Below are positions 52,697 to 64,000 of a DNA stretch of 64,000 nucleotides, one piece after another. The notes below the pieces were generated by a model. That model did not search any database. It had not been told where the DNA came from and saw nothing but the letters and a program-made list of their open reading frames with translations. The first letter of the stretch is position 1. The number at the start of each line of letters is the position of its first letter. The DNA is from Dehalococcoidia bacterium (lineage in GTDB: Bacteria > Chloroflexota > Dehalococcoidia > Lucifugimonadales > Australimonadaceae), in assembly GCA_034422595.1 (NCBI GenBank), contig DAOUJO010000013.1:89723-153722 (forward strand). Direction: 5' to 3'. Position numbers and translations under genes: made by a program.

Positions 52697-55390
52697 ATGA
52701 CGACGGATCCGGCTGAAGAGCCGCTTTCGAAGGCCTACGACCCGCGCCAGGTTGAGGGCAGACTGTACGAATGGTGGGAGCGCTCCGGTTACTTCAGGGC
52801 CGCGCCCGACCCGGATCGGGAACCGTTCACCATCATCATGCCGCCGCCCAACGTCACGGGCGAGCTGCACCTCGGCCACGCGATGACCGCCGCGATAGAG
52901 GACGCGCTCACCCGCTATCATCGCATGAAGGGCGATGTGGCCCTCTACCTGCCGGGCACCGATCACGCGGGTATCGCCACGCAGGTCGTCGTTGAGCGCC
53001 AGCTCGCCGCGGAAGAGCTGACGCGCCACGACATCGGACGCGAGGCGTTCCTCAAGCGCATCTGGGAGTGGGTGGACAAGACCGGCGACACGATAGACAA
53101 CCAGCACCGCAGGCTTGGCGCGTCGTGCGACTGGGAGCGCAAGACGTTTACGCTGGACGAAGGCCCGGCCCGCGCCGTTCGCACGACGTTCAAGAACCTC
53201 TACGACGAAGGGTTCATCTACCGCAGCGAGCGGATCATCAACTGGTGCGTCAGCTGCCGTACCGCGCTGTCCGACCTGGAGGTCGAGCACCAGGAAGTGC
53301 AGGGCAACCTGTACCACATACGCTACCTCTACGAGGACGGCTCCGGACACCTGACCGTCGCAACGACCCGCCCGGAGACGCTGCTCGGCGACACGGCGGT
53401 CGCGGTGAACCCCACGGACGAACGGTACACGGGAGCGGCTGGGAAGCGAGTCCGGCTGCCGGTGCTCGGACGGCTCATCCCTGTCATCGCCGACGATGCG
53501 GTCGCAACCGACTTCGGCACGGGGGCGCTCAAGATTACGCCGGGGCATGACCCCAACGACTTCGAGACAGGCGAGCGGCACGGCCTGCCCATCGTCAACG
53601 TGTTGAATCCTGACGGCACGCTGAACGAGGAGGCGGGGCCCTACGAAGGATTCGACCGCTTCGACGCGCGCAAGGCGATCGTCGCGCAGTTGGAACGAGA
53701 GGGACTGCTGGAGAAAGTGGAGCCGTATACCCACTCGGTGGGCCACTGCCAGCGCAGCGGCGACCCGGTCGAACCCATAGTCTCGATGCAATGGTTCGTC
53801 AGGATCGCTCCGCTGGCCGAGCCCGCGCTCGCCGCTGTGCAGGACGGACGCATCCGCATCGTTCCCGAGCGTTTCGCGCGCGTCTACGCGAATTGGATGG
53901 AGAACATCCGGGACTGGTGCATCTCCCGCCAGCTCTGGTGGGGGCACCGCATCCCCGTCTGGTACTGCAGCGCGTGCGGGCACATGACTGTTGCAGTGGA
54001 CGAACCAGAGGTCTGCGAGGCGTGCGGCTCCGCCGACATAGCGCAGGACGAGGACGTGCTCGATACGTGGTTCTCGTCCGGCCTGTGGACGCACTCCACG
54101 CTCGGCTGGCCCGGGGACAACGCCGACCTGGACTACTTCTACCCCACCTCCGTCATGGAGACGGGCTACGACATCCTCTTCTTCTGGGTGGCCCGCATGA
54201 TCATGATGGGGATGTGGAACATGGGGGACGTTCCCTTCCGCACCGTCTACCTGCACGGTCTCGTGCGCGACGAGCACGGACAGAAGATGAGCAAGACGCG
54301 GGGGAACGTCCGCGACCCGTTGGACGCCATCGACCAGTACGGGACCGACGCGCTGCGTTTCGCGTTGACGACCGGCACGACGCCCGGCAACGACTCCCGC
54401 TTCAGCGACGACCGCTTGGAGGCGGCGCGCAACTTCGCGAACAAACTGTGGAACGTTGGCAGGTTCGTTATCGGCCAGACGGAGGGACGGGAAGGCATGG
54501 AGGGGTGGTACGCCACCCCCCCCCGCGAGCACCGGCAGGACAGGTGGATGCTCTCCAGGGCGCAGCAGACCGCCGTCCGCGTGAACGACCTCATCGCCGA
54601 GTTCCAGATAGGCGAGGCGGAGCGCGTCCTCCACGAGTTCATCTGGAGCGACTTCGCCGACTGGTACATCGAACTGGCGAAGGTGCGGATGCGCAGCGGC
54701 GACGACCAGCCCAGACGTGTGCTGGCGCACGTGCTGGAGCGCGTGCTGCGCCTGCTCCACCCGTTCATGCCGTTCGTCACCGAGGAGATATGGCAGCGCC
54801 TGACCGCGGTGCTGCCGCCCGAGGGCAACCTGCCCGAGTCCATCATGATCGCTCCGTATCCTGACCCGAAGGCTCGTCTGTCCGAGGAGGAGTTGCAGGC
54901 GCGCCGGGACGCCGATGCTCCCGCCTCCGAGGAAGTGGAACTGTTGATCGACCTCGTGCGAGCCATCCGTAACGTGCGCGCCGAACTCAAGATAGAGCCG
55001 CAGACGCTGCTGGACGCTTCGGTAGCCGCATCGCGGGCAGCGGCCACGCTGGAGACCGAGACGGACGCCATCCGCAGCCTCGCGCGTGTCGGCGCGCTGC
55101 GGTTCAGCGACGCTGACGCGGGCCGGGACACCGTACGCCTTGTGGTGCGGGACGTGACCGTGGCGCTCGACGTTGGCGGGTCGGTGGACCTCGATGCTGA
55201 GCGGGGGCGCCTGCGCGGGGAAGCGGCGAGTGTGGAGAAGCACGTCTCAGGGCTGGAGGGCCGCCTGAACAACGCGCAGTTCCTGGACAAGGCGCCTGCG
55301 GAGGTGGTGGAGCGCGAGCGCGAGCGCTTGGAAAGTGGCCGTGCCAGGCTGGAACGCATCACCGGGTTGCTCCGTGACCTGGGAGGGTAG
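52697..55390 (+). CDS. valS: Valine--tRNA ligase
   Basis: PPPNVTGELHLGH, GTDHAGIATQ, ATTRPET, DWCISRQLWWGH, KMSK, C-terminal coiled coil. Confidence 0.97.
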   Translation: MTTDPAEEPLSKAYDPRQVEGRLYEWWERSGYFRAAPDPDREPFTIIMPPPNVTGELHLGHAMTAAIEDALTRYHRMKGDVALYLPGTDHAGIATQVVVERQLAAEELTRHDIGREAFLKRIWEWVDKTGDTIDNQHRRLGASCDWERKTFTLDEGPARAVRTTFKNLYDEGFIYRSERIINWCVSCRTALSDLEVEHQEVQGNLYHIRYLYEDGSGHLTVATTRPETLLGDTAVAVNPTDERYTGAAGKRVRLPVLGRLIPVIADDAVATDFGTGALKITPGHDPNDFETGERHGLPIVNVLNPDGTLNEEAGPYEGFDRFDARKAIVAQLEREGLLEKVEPYTHSVGHCQRSGDPVEPIVSMQWFVRIAPLAEPALAAVQDGRIRIVPERFARVYANWMENIRDWCISRQLWWGHRIPVWYCSACGHMTVAVDEPEVCEACGSADIAQDEDVLDTWFSSGLWTHSTLGWPGDNADLDYFYPTSVMETGYDILFFWVARMIMMGMWNMGDVPFRTVYLHGLVRDEHGQKMSKTRGNVRDPLDAIDQYGTDALRFALTTGTTPGNDSRFSDDRLEAARNFANKLWNVGRFVIGQTEGREGMEGWYATPPREHRQDRWMLSRAQQTAVRVNDLIAEFQIGEAERVLHEFIWSDFADWYIELAKVRMRSGDDQPRRVLAHVLERVLRLLHPFMPFVTEEIWQRLTAVLPPEGNLPESIMIAPYPDPKARLSEEELQARRDADAPASEEVELLIDLVRAIRNVRAELKIEPQTLLDASVAASRAAATLETETDAIRSLARVGALRFSDADAGRDTVRLVVRDVTVALDVGGSVDLDAERGRLRGEAASVEKHVSGLEGRLNNAQFLDKAPAEVVERERERLESGRARLERITGLLRDLGG

Positions 55391-55472
55391 CCGCATCGGT
55401 ACGAGGACGCACCCCGGCGCGGAAGACCGCGGATCGCTCACCGACACGTACGCCGTGAGCGATTCGTAGGCC

Positions 55473-56762
55473 ATGCGGCTCGTACCCTCGAAACGCGGCA
55501 TCATGGGCGGGCTCCGCCTCGAGTTGGTCGTCATCACTGGAGGGCTGATCGCTTCGGCGCATGCCTCCATGATGATCATCACCCCTGTGATGCCGAAGTT
55601 CATCGAGCTGATCGGCGGCGGCGTCTTCGCGCTCGGACTCACGTTCTCCGTCTACGGCGTCGGACGTTTCATCACGAACATCCCCGCGGGCGTCATCTCG
55701 GAGAAGGTGGGGCGGAAGTGGATCATCACCATCGGCGGGCTGGGCGTCGCGCTGTTCGCGACGCTTGGCGGCTTCGCCCAGGACGTCCCGACGTTCCTCA
55801 CGCTACGCTTCCTGAGCGGCGTGGCGAGCTCCATGACCATCGTGATGGCGAACGTCGTCGCCGCGGACCTGAGCACGGTGGAGAACCGTGGGCGCGTCCT
55901 CGGGCTGATGCACGGACTGCAACTCGTTGTGGGGACGGGCAGCCCCGCGTTGGGCGGGCTGATAGGCGAGCTGTTCGGAACGCGTGCGCCGTTCTACGTC
56001 TCCGGCATCATGGTGCTCGTGTTCGCGCTCTGGGGTATCGTGCGGCTCCCGGAGACGCGTCCTGAACCGGGGAGCGAAGGCGCAGGCGCACCCATTCGGC
56101 ACAGCAACTCGCCGCGCGGTGCGCTATTCCTGCTGCGGGACACGAGCTTCCTCATGGTGTGCATCCTCGGCTTCTCCACGTTCTTCCTGCGCGGGGGCAT
56201 GTCCACGACGCTCATCCCGGAGTTCGTACACGACGTCCTCGAGATGGGGCCGGGGGCCATCGGACTGCTCTTCACGTTCTCATCGCTCATGCACGGGGTA
56301 CTCATCTATCCGGCGGGAGCGATGGCCGACAAGTACGGGCGCAAGATCATCATCATTCCGGCTGGGATCCTGATCGGCGTCTCCATCGCCTGGCTGCCGT
56401 TCGCGGAGACGCTGGGGCCGTTCATCGCGGCGTTCATCCTGCTGCACGTCGCCCAGGGATGGAGCGGCCAGGCACCGGTTGCCTACGTCGCCGACCTCGC
56501 CCCGGCAGGGATGCGGGGCATGGCGATAGGGCTGTACAGGACGTTCGGCGACGCGGCGGGGATGATCGGCCCGGTGGTCTCCATGACCCTCCTCTCGATC
56601 CACTCCTACCACGCGGCGTTCGGGTTCAACGCGGTGCTCTGGACGGTGACTGTCGTCGTGTTCGCCTACGTGGCGGTGGAGACGGGAGGGAAGCACCGCA
56701 AGCGTGGCCCGGTCGCGCTGCCGCCGGAGGCGCATCCGGAGCGAACGCAGGCGCAGACCTGA
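55473..56762 (+). CDS. MFS transporter
   Basis: GVISEKVGRK and GAMADKYGRK motif A; about 12 TM. Confidence 0.88.
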   Translation: MRLVPSKRGIMGGLRLELVVITGGLIASAHASMMIITPVMPKFIELIGGGVFALGLTFSVYGVGRFITNIPAGVISEKVGRKWIITIGGLGVALFATLGGFAQDVPTFLTLRFLSGVASSMTIVMANVVAADLSTVENRGRVLGLMHGLQLVVGTGSPALGGLIGELFGTRAPFYVSGIMVLVFALWGIVRLPETRPEPGSEGAGAPIRHSNSPRGALFLLRDTSFLMVCILGFSTFFLRGGMSTTLIPEFVHDVLEMGPGAIGLLFTFSSLMHGVLIYPAGAMADKYGRKIIIIPAGILIGVSIAWLPFAETLGPFIAAFILLHVAQGWSGQAPVAYVADLAPAGMRGMAIGLYRTFGDAAGMIGPVVSMTLLSIHSYHAAFGFNAVLWTVTVVVFAYVAVETGGKHRKRGPVALPPEAHPERTQAQT

Positions 56763-56776
56763 CGGCGTTCGTTCGC

Positions 56777-57490
56777 CTAGCGCGTTGCGGCGCGCTCGCG
56801 CAGCTCGTTGAGCATGCGCAGCCCCTTGCGGGTGTCGCTCGCGATGCGGGCCTGCTCCGAGTTGGCGATGCGCCGCTTGAAGAGCCAGTAGGTGAACGCG
56901 CGGGACTCAGCAAGGGTCAGACGCACGCGGCGTCCGCGCCCGTGCTCGCGCTGGAACCGCCGCAGGAGAGGCAGGAGCTCGGCGCGGTAGAGGCGCTCGG
57001 CGATGAGGTTCTGCACGCCGAACGGATGCTGCAGTCCGCGCACGCTGCGCTCCTTCTCCACCTCGCGCTCCACGGCATGCCAGAGGGCTTCCTCCACCAC
57101 GACGCCGTAGAAGTGGTTGAGGTGCGCCCGGTATTTGTCGGGGCCCAGAAGGCTCTTGAAGTGTGCCTCGGTTATCCCGTCCGGAAGCATGCCGGTGAAG
57201 AGCAGCGCCTCCGTCTCCTCGGCGGGGATGCAGCCTGCCGGCGCCTCGCGCAGCAGGCGCTCCGCCAGCAGCAGCCAGTCGAACGCCTCCCCCTCGATGA
57301 GGTAGTCGAGCCGCACGCCGTCGACGACCTCGGACGGAGCGGTCCATTCGCCTATGGCAGCCAGCAGCGCTTCCGGCCAGGGTGTGCCGCCCTTCAGCGC
57401 GCTGCGGAAATGCTCGACCGTCCCGTTGGCCGTCTCGCCGTTGGGAGGAGCGGACACCGGCGTGGGGCGCAGCGCGACGGTCGCTTCCAT
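56777..57490 (-). CDS. Conserved hypothetical protein
   Basis: WPEALLAAIGEW, YLIEGEAFDWLLLAERLL, AHLNHFYGVVVEEAL, FTYWLFKRR. I recall this as a Chloroflexota hypothetical family (not verified). ATG 57490 follows secA. Confidence 0.65.
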   Translation of the reverse strand: MEATVALRPTPVSAPPNGETANGTVEHFRSALKGGTPWPEALLAAIGEWTAPSEVVDGVRLDYLIEGEAFDWLLLAERLLREAPAGCIPAEETEALLFTGMLPDGITEAHFKSLLGPDKYRAHLNHFYGVVVEEALWHAVEREVEKERSVRGLQHPFGVQNLIAERLYRAELLPLLRRFQREHGRGRRVRLTLAESRAFTYWLFKRRIANSEQARIASDTRKGLRMLNELRERAATR

Positions 57491-57495
57491 GGCGG

Positions 57496-60153
<2,658 letters not shown>

Positions 60154-60196
60154 GTTATGAACGGCCTCCGTGTCCATTCTAGCAGCCCACCTCTTT

Positions 60197-60301
60197 CGTC
60201 GTTCCTGCGCAGGCAGGAACCTCGCCTGGTGTAGGGGCGTCCCTTGTGGGCGCCCTGTATGGCCCCCCTCCGCCCTCTGGGAGAGGGGCTGGGGGTGAGG
60301 G
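60197..60301. repeat. Cluster of three different REP-like palindromic units
   Basis: CGTCGTTCCTGCGCAGGCAGGAACCTCGC; GTAGGGGCGTCCCTTGTGGGCGCCCT; CCCCCTCCGCCCTCTGGGAGAGGGGCTGGGGGTGAGGG. Confidence 0.65.
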
Positions 60302-60328
60302 TTGCCCACCTCTCCCTCGAATGGATTC

Positions 60329-60378
60329 GTCACCGTGCCGTCATAAAAATCGTCATAAAAAGTCACCCACAAGTCACC
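60329..60378 (+). promoter_or_regulatory. Five helically phased GTCAY repeats (Pho-box-like) upstream of the sulP pair
   Basis: GTCAY at 60329, 60340, 60352, 60362, 60373; includes CGTCATAAAAA twice. Confidence 0.6.
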
Positions 60379-60436
60379 GTTTCTGTGAGAAAGTCCTTCC
60401 CGCCAGGACGTTACACGTTGCAGGTGGCGGTGCCGC

Positions 60437-62050
60437 ATGATCTACAACATCCGAGCGTTTCGTGGGGACCTCTTCGGCGGTATCACTGCGGCGGTGGTGG
60501 TGCTGCCGGTGTCGCTGGCCTTCGGCGTGGCGTCGGGACTCGGGGCGGTCGCGGGGATGTACGGCGCGGTCGCGGTGGGCTTCTTCGCGGCGGTGTTCGG
60601 CGGCACGAAGCCCCAGATATCCGGCCCCACCGGTCCGATGGCCGTCGCGATGGCGGTCATCGTAACGAGCCACGCGGAAACCCTGGCCGAGGCGTTCACC
60701 ATCGTCATCATGGCGGGGCTGCTGCAGGTGCTGCTCGGCGTGATGCGGGTCGGGCGTTTCGTCGCGTACACGCCGTACTCGGTCATATCCGGGTTCATGT
60801 CCGGCATCGGCGTCATCATCATTCTCATCCAGACGTTGCCGTTCATCGGCGTCGGAACCGCGACGGGGGGGCCGGTGGGAGCGATCCGCGCGTGGCCGGA
60901 TGCGGTGACCGACCTGAACCCGAGCGCGGTCGCCATCGCCGGGACGACGCTGCTGGTGGGGGTGCTCTGGCCCGCGCGCTTGCGGAGGTTCCTCCCGTCC
61001 ACGCTGGCGGCGCTGATCGCGGGGTCGCTGCTGGGCATATTGTGGTTGACGAACACCCCGGTTATCGGCGAGGTGCCGAGCGGTCTGCCGGAGCTGCGGG
61101 TGCCGGACGTATCGCCCGGCTTCCTCGTGGGCGCGATACAGCCTGCGCTGATCCTCGCCCTGCTCGGCTCCATAGACAGCCTGCTGACCTCGCTGGTGGC
61201 CGATGCGATGACGCGCACGCGCCACAACCCCAACCGGGAACTGCTGGGGCAGGGCATCGGCAACACCGTCACGGGGCTCATCGGCGGACTGCCGGGCGCC
61301 GGGACGACGATGGGCACGGTGGTGAACCTGCGGGCAGGCGGACGAACGCCGGTGTCCGGCGTGCTGTGCGCGGGGATCCTGCTGGCGATGGTGCTGGAAC
61401 TCGGCCAGTACGTGGAGGAGGTGCCGCACGCGGTGCTCGCAGGCATCCTGATGAAAGTGGGCTGGGACATCATCGACTGGCGGTTCATCACCCGCGTCCA
61501 CCGCGTCCAGCGGGAGCACCTGCTGGTGATGGCGCTCACGCTGTTCCTCACGGTGTTCCTGGACCTGGTCACCGCCGTCGCCATAGGCCTGATCGTTGCC
61601 GGCATGGCGAGCGCACGGCAGTGGGAGCGGCTGGAGCTGGACAGCGTGGTCTCCGTGCCGCTCCTGGACAGCACGTTCCTCACCCCCGACGACACGTCCG
61701 ACGATGCGGACCTCTTCTCCGCGCGGGCCGGCCTCGTATCGATGCGCGGGAGCTTCTCGGTTGCATCGTCCGGTAAGATAACCACCGCGATAAGCGCGGA
61801 CATCCGCGACCACGAGGTCGTGATCATGGACTTCTCGGACACGGTGCACATGGACGACAGCGCCGCGCTCGTGATCGAGCAGCTGATCGACGTGGCGTAC
61901 GACCAGGACACGGCGTGCATCATCATGGGCCTGAAGGGCAGGCCCGCCGTGACGATGCAGGCGCTGAACGTGCTGCGGCGCGTCCCCCGGGACCACTTCG
62001 TCGCCGATATCGACGAGGCGCGGGAAGTCGCGAAGCGGGTACTCGCATGA
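60437..62050 (+). CDS. SulP/SLC26 anion permease with STAS domain (BicA-like), copy 1
   Basis: GDLFGGITAAVVVLP, QISGPTGPM, GSIDSLLTS, ELLGQGIGN, STAS MDDSA. Confidence 0.92.
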   Translation: MIYNIRAFRGDLFGGITAAVVVLPVSLAFGVASGLGAVAGMYGAVAVGFFAAVFGGTKPQISGPTGPMAVAMAVIVTSHAETLAEAFTIVIMAGLLQVLLGVMRVGRFVAYTPYSVISGFMSGIGVIIILIQTLPFIGVGTATGGPVGAIRAWPDAVTDLNPSAVAIAGTTLLVGVLWPARLRRFLPSTLAALIAGSLLGILWLTNTPVIGEVPSGLPELRVPDVSPGFLVGAIQPALILALLGSIDSLLTSLVADAMTRTRHNPNRELLGQGIGNTVTGLIGGLPGAGTTMGTVVNLRAGGRTPVSGVLCAGILLAMVLELGQYVEEVPHAVLAGILMKVGWDIIDWRFITRVHRVQREHLLVMALTLFLTVFLDLVTAVAIGLIVAGMASARQWERLELDSVVSVPLLDSTFLTPDDTSDDADLFSARAGLVSMRGSFSVASSGKITTAISADIRDHEVVIMDFSDTVHMDDSAALVIEQLIDVAYDQDTACIIMGLKGRPAVTMQALNVLRRVPRDHFVADIDEAREVAKRVLA

Positions 62051-63678
62051 AGATCAGCTACAGCCTGACGACGCTCCGGGGCGACGTCCTGGGCGGCGTT
62101 ACGGCGGGTGTGGTCGGGCTTCCGCTGGCGCTGGCTTTCGGCGTGGCGTCCGGCCTCGGGGCGACCGCGGGCATCTACGGGGCGGTCGCGGTCGGTTTCT
62201 TCGCGGCGGTGTTCGGAGGGACGAAGTCGCAGATATCGGGCCCGACAGGGTCGATGACCGTGGCGATGGCGGTCATCGTGACCGCCCACGCCGAGACCTT
62301 CGCCGAGGCGTTCACCATCGTCGTGATGGCGGGCATGATACAGATCGCGCTCGGCCTCATGCGGGTGGGGCGGTACGTCTCCTACACCCCTTACTCCGTG
62401 GTGTCCGGCTTCATGTCCGGGATCGGCATCCTCATCATCCTCATCCAGACGTTGCCGTTCATGGGGGCGGCCGTCGTTACCGGCGGCCCCGCGGACGCGG
62501 TGAACGGGTGGCCGGATGCGGTGACCAACGTCAACTACGCTGCGTTGGCGGTCGGGGCGACCACGCTGGTGGTGATGGTGGGCTGGCCGGGCCGGTTCTC
62601 GAGGTTCTTCCCGGCGACCCTGGTGGCGCTGCTCGCGGGGACGCTGCTGAGCGTTCTGTGGTTGACCGACGTTCCCGTGATCGGGGACGTGTCGGCCACG
62701 CTGCCGGGGCTGCAACAGCTGGCCCTCTCCCCGAGCGTGCTGGCCGGCGCCATACAGCCGGCGCTGATCCTCGCGCTGCTCGGCTCGATAGACAGCCTGC
62801 TGACCTCGCTGGTTGCCGATTCGATGACCCGGACGCGCCACGACTCAGACAGGGAGCTGATAGGGCAGGGCATCGGCAACACGATAGCGGGCTTCATCGG
62901 CGCGCTGCCCGGCGCCGGTTCCACGCCGGGCTCCGTGGTCAACATCCGTTCCGGCGGGCGGACCCAGGTATCGGGGGCCATACGCGCGGGAGTGGTGCTG
63001 TTGCTCGTGCTGGGGCTCGCCGAGTACGTCAAGGTGATCCCCCACGCGGTGCTCGCGGGCATCCTGATAAAGGTGGGCTGGGACATCGTCGACTGGCGTT
63101 TCGTCACTCGCCTGCACCGCGTCCAGCGGGAGCACCTGCTGGTGATGGTGCTCACCATGGGGCTGACGGTGTTCCTGGACCTGGTCACCGCCGTCGCCAT
63201 AGGCCTGATCGTTGCCGGCATGGCGAGTGCACGGCACTGGGAGCGGCTGGAGCTGGACAGCGTGATGTCCATTCCGCTCCTGGACAGCGTCTTCCTCACC
63301 CCGGATGACGAGTCCGACGACGCGGACATCTTCTCAGCGCGGGTGGGTCTCGTATCGATGCGCGGGAGTTTCTCCGTGGCGTCGTCCGGCAAGCTGACCA
63401 CCGTGATAACGGCGGACATCCGCGACCACGAGGTCGTGATCCTGAACTTCTCCGACACGGTGCACATGGACGACAGCGCGGCGCTCGTGATCGAGCAGCT
63501 GATCGACGTCGCCTACGACCAGGATACGGCGTGCATCGTCATGGGTCTGAAAGGTCGGCCTGCCATCACCCTCCAGGCGCTCAACGTGCTGCGCCGCGTC
63601 CCTGAGCACCGCTTCGTCGACAACGTCGACGAGGCGCGCGAGGCGGCCAGGGAGATACTGGCGGGCTCCCCGGAGTGA
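62047..63678 (+). CDS. SulP/SLC26 anion permease with STAS domain (BicA-like), copy 2
   Basis: Same motifs; ATGA overlap with copy 1. Confidence 0.92.
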   Translation: MKISYSLTTLRGDVLGGVTAGVVGLPLALAFGVASGLGATAGIYGAVAVGFFAAVFGGTKSQISGPTGSMTVAMAVIVTAHAETFAEAFTIVVMAGMIQIALGLMRVGRYVSYTPYSVVSGFMSGIGILIILIQTLPFMGAAVVTGGPADAVNGWPDAVTNVNYAALAVGATTLVVMVGWPGRFSRFFPATLVALLAGTLLSVLWLTDVPVIGDVSATLPGLQQLALSPSVLAGAIQPALILALLGSIDSLLTSLVADSMTRTRHDSDRELIGQGIGNTIAGFIGALPGAGSTPGSVVNIRSGGRTQVSGAIRAGVVLLLVLGLAEYVKVIPHAVLAGILIKVGWDIVDWRFVTRLHRVQREHLLVMVLTMGLTVFLDLVTAVAIGLIVAGMASARHWERLELDSVMSIPLLDSVFLTPDDESDDADIFSARVGLVSMRGSFSVASSGKLTTVITADIRDHEVVILNFSDTVHMDDSAALVIEQLIDVAYDQDTACIVMGLKGRPAITLQALNVLRRVPEHRFVDNVDEAREAAREILAGSPE

Positions 63679-63744
63679 TCTGAGCAGGCCTGTCTCATCA
63701 GGTTGGTATACTCCGCGCATCCCAAGACTAGGTGCGGAGGAGCG

Positions 63745-64000
63745 ATGACCGACCTCGAGAAGCGAACGCTGGGGCGCACCGGCATGGACGTTACCGTGCT
63801 GGGTTACGGCGCGATGGAGCTGCGGGGCGTCCCGCGCGGCAGGGAGGTGCCCGAGGAGGACGCGGGCAGGATCCTGAATACGGTGCTGGATCTGGGCATC
63901 AACTACATCGACACGTCGATCGACTACGGCGTGAGCGAGGAGCGCATCGGGCGGCACATCGCCCACCGGCGCGGCGAGTACTTCCTCGCCAGCAAGTGCG
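63745..64000 (+). CDS. Aldo/keto reductase (3' truncated by window edge)
   Basis: MTDLEKRTLGRTGMDVTVLGYGA...GINYIDTSIDYGVSEERIG...FLASKC; GGAGGAG RBS. Confidence 0.9.
   Translation, partial: MTDLEKRTLGRTGMDVTVLGYGAMELRGVPRGREVPEEDAGRILNTVLDLGINYIDTSIDYGVSEERIGRHIAHRRGEYFLASKC

Overview
High-GC bacterial chromosome segment. Gene content and several small conserved hypotheticals suggest Chloroflexota, probably Dehalococcoidia/SAR202-like; this taxonomy is inference. Housekeeping genes (argG partial, argH, rpe, argS, folD, acpS, nnr, coaBC, coaX, valS, secA, four tRNAs) are interleaved with accessory genes. The accessory set includes: (i) a Fur/Zur-family zinc locus whose solute-binding lipoprotein has a whole AztD-like beta-propeller inserted in its His-rich loop, followed by a cysteine-free DUF5679-like gene and repeated structured hairpins; (ii) dispersed aromatic-catabolism genes (three Rieske oxygenase alpha subunits, two DesZ/LigB-like dioxygenases, LigJ-like hydratase, cupin, PanB-fold enzyme with altered active site); (iii) a coupled four-gene cluster after tRNA-Arg(GCG) encoding a membrane protein, fatty-acid hydroxylase/desaturase, GH3-like acyl ligase and enolase-superfamily epimerase; (iv) three type II toxin-antitoxin pairs, two bracketed by direct repeats of the neighbouring gene's 3' end; (v) tandem SulP transporters behind a Pho-box-like phased repeat; and (vi) REP-like palindromes. 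I saw no CRISPR array, rRNA, integrase or transposase. All family assignments come from motif recognition by eye; no database search was run.
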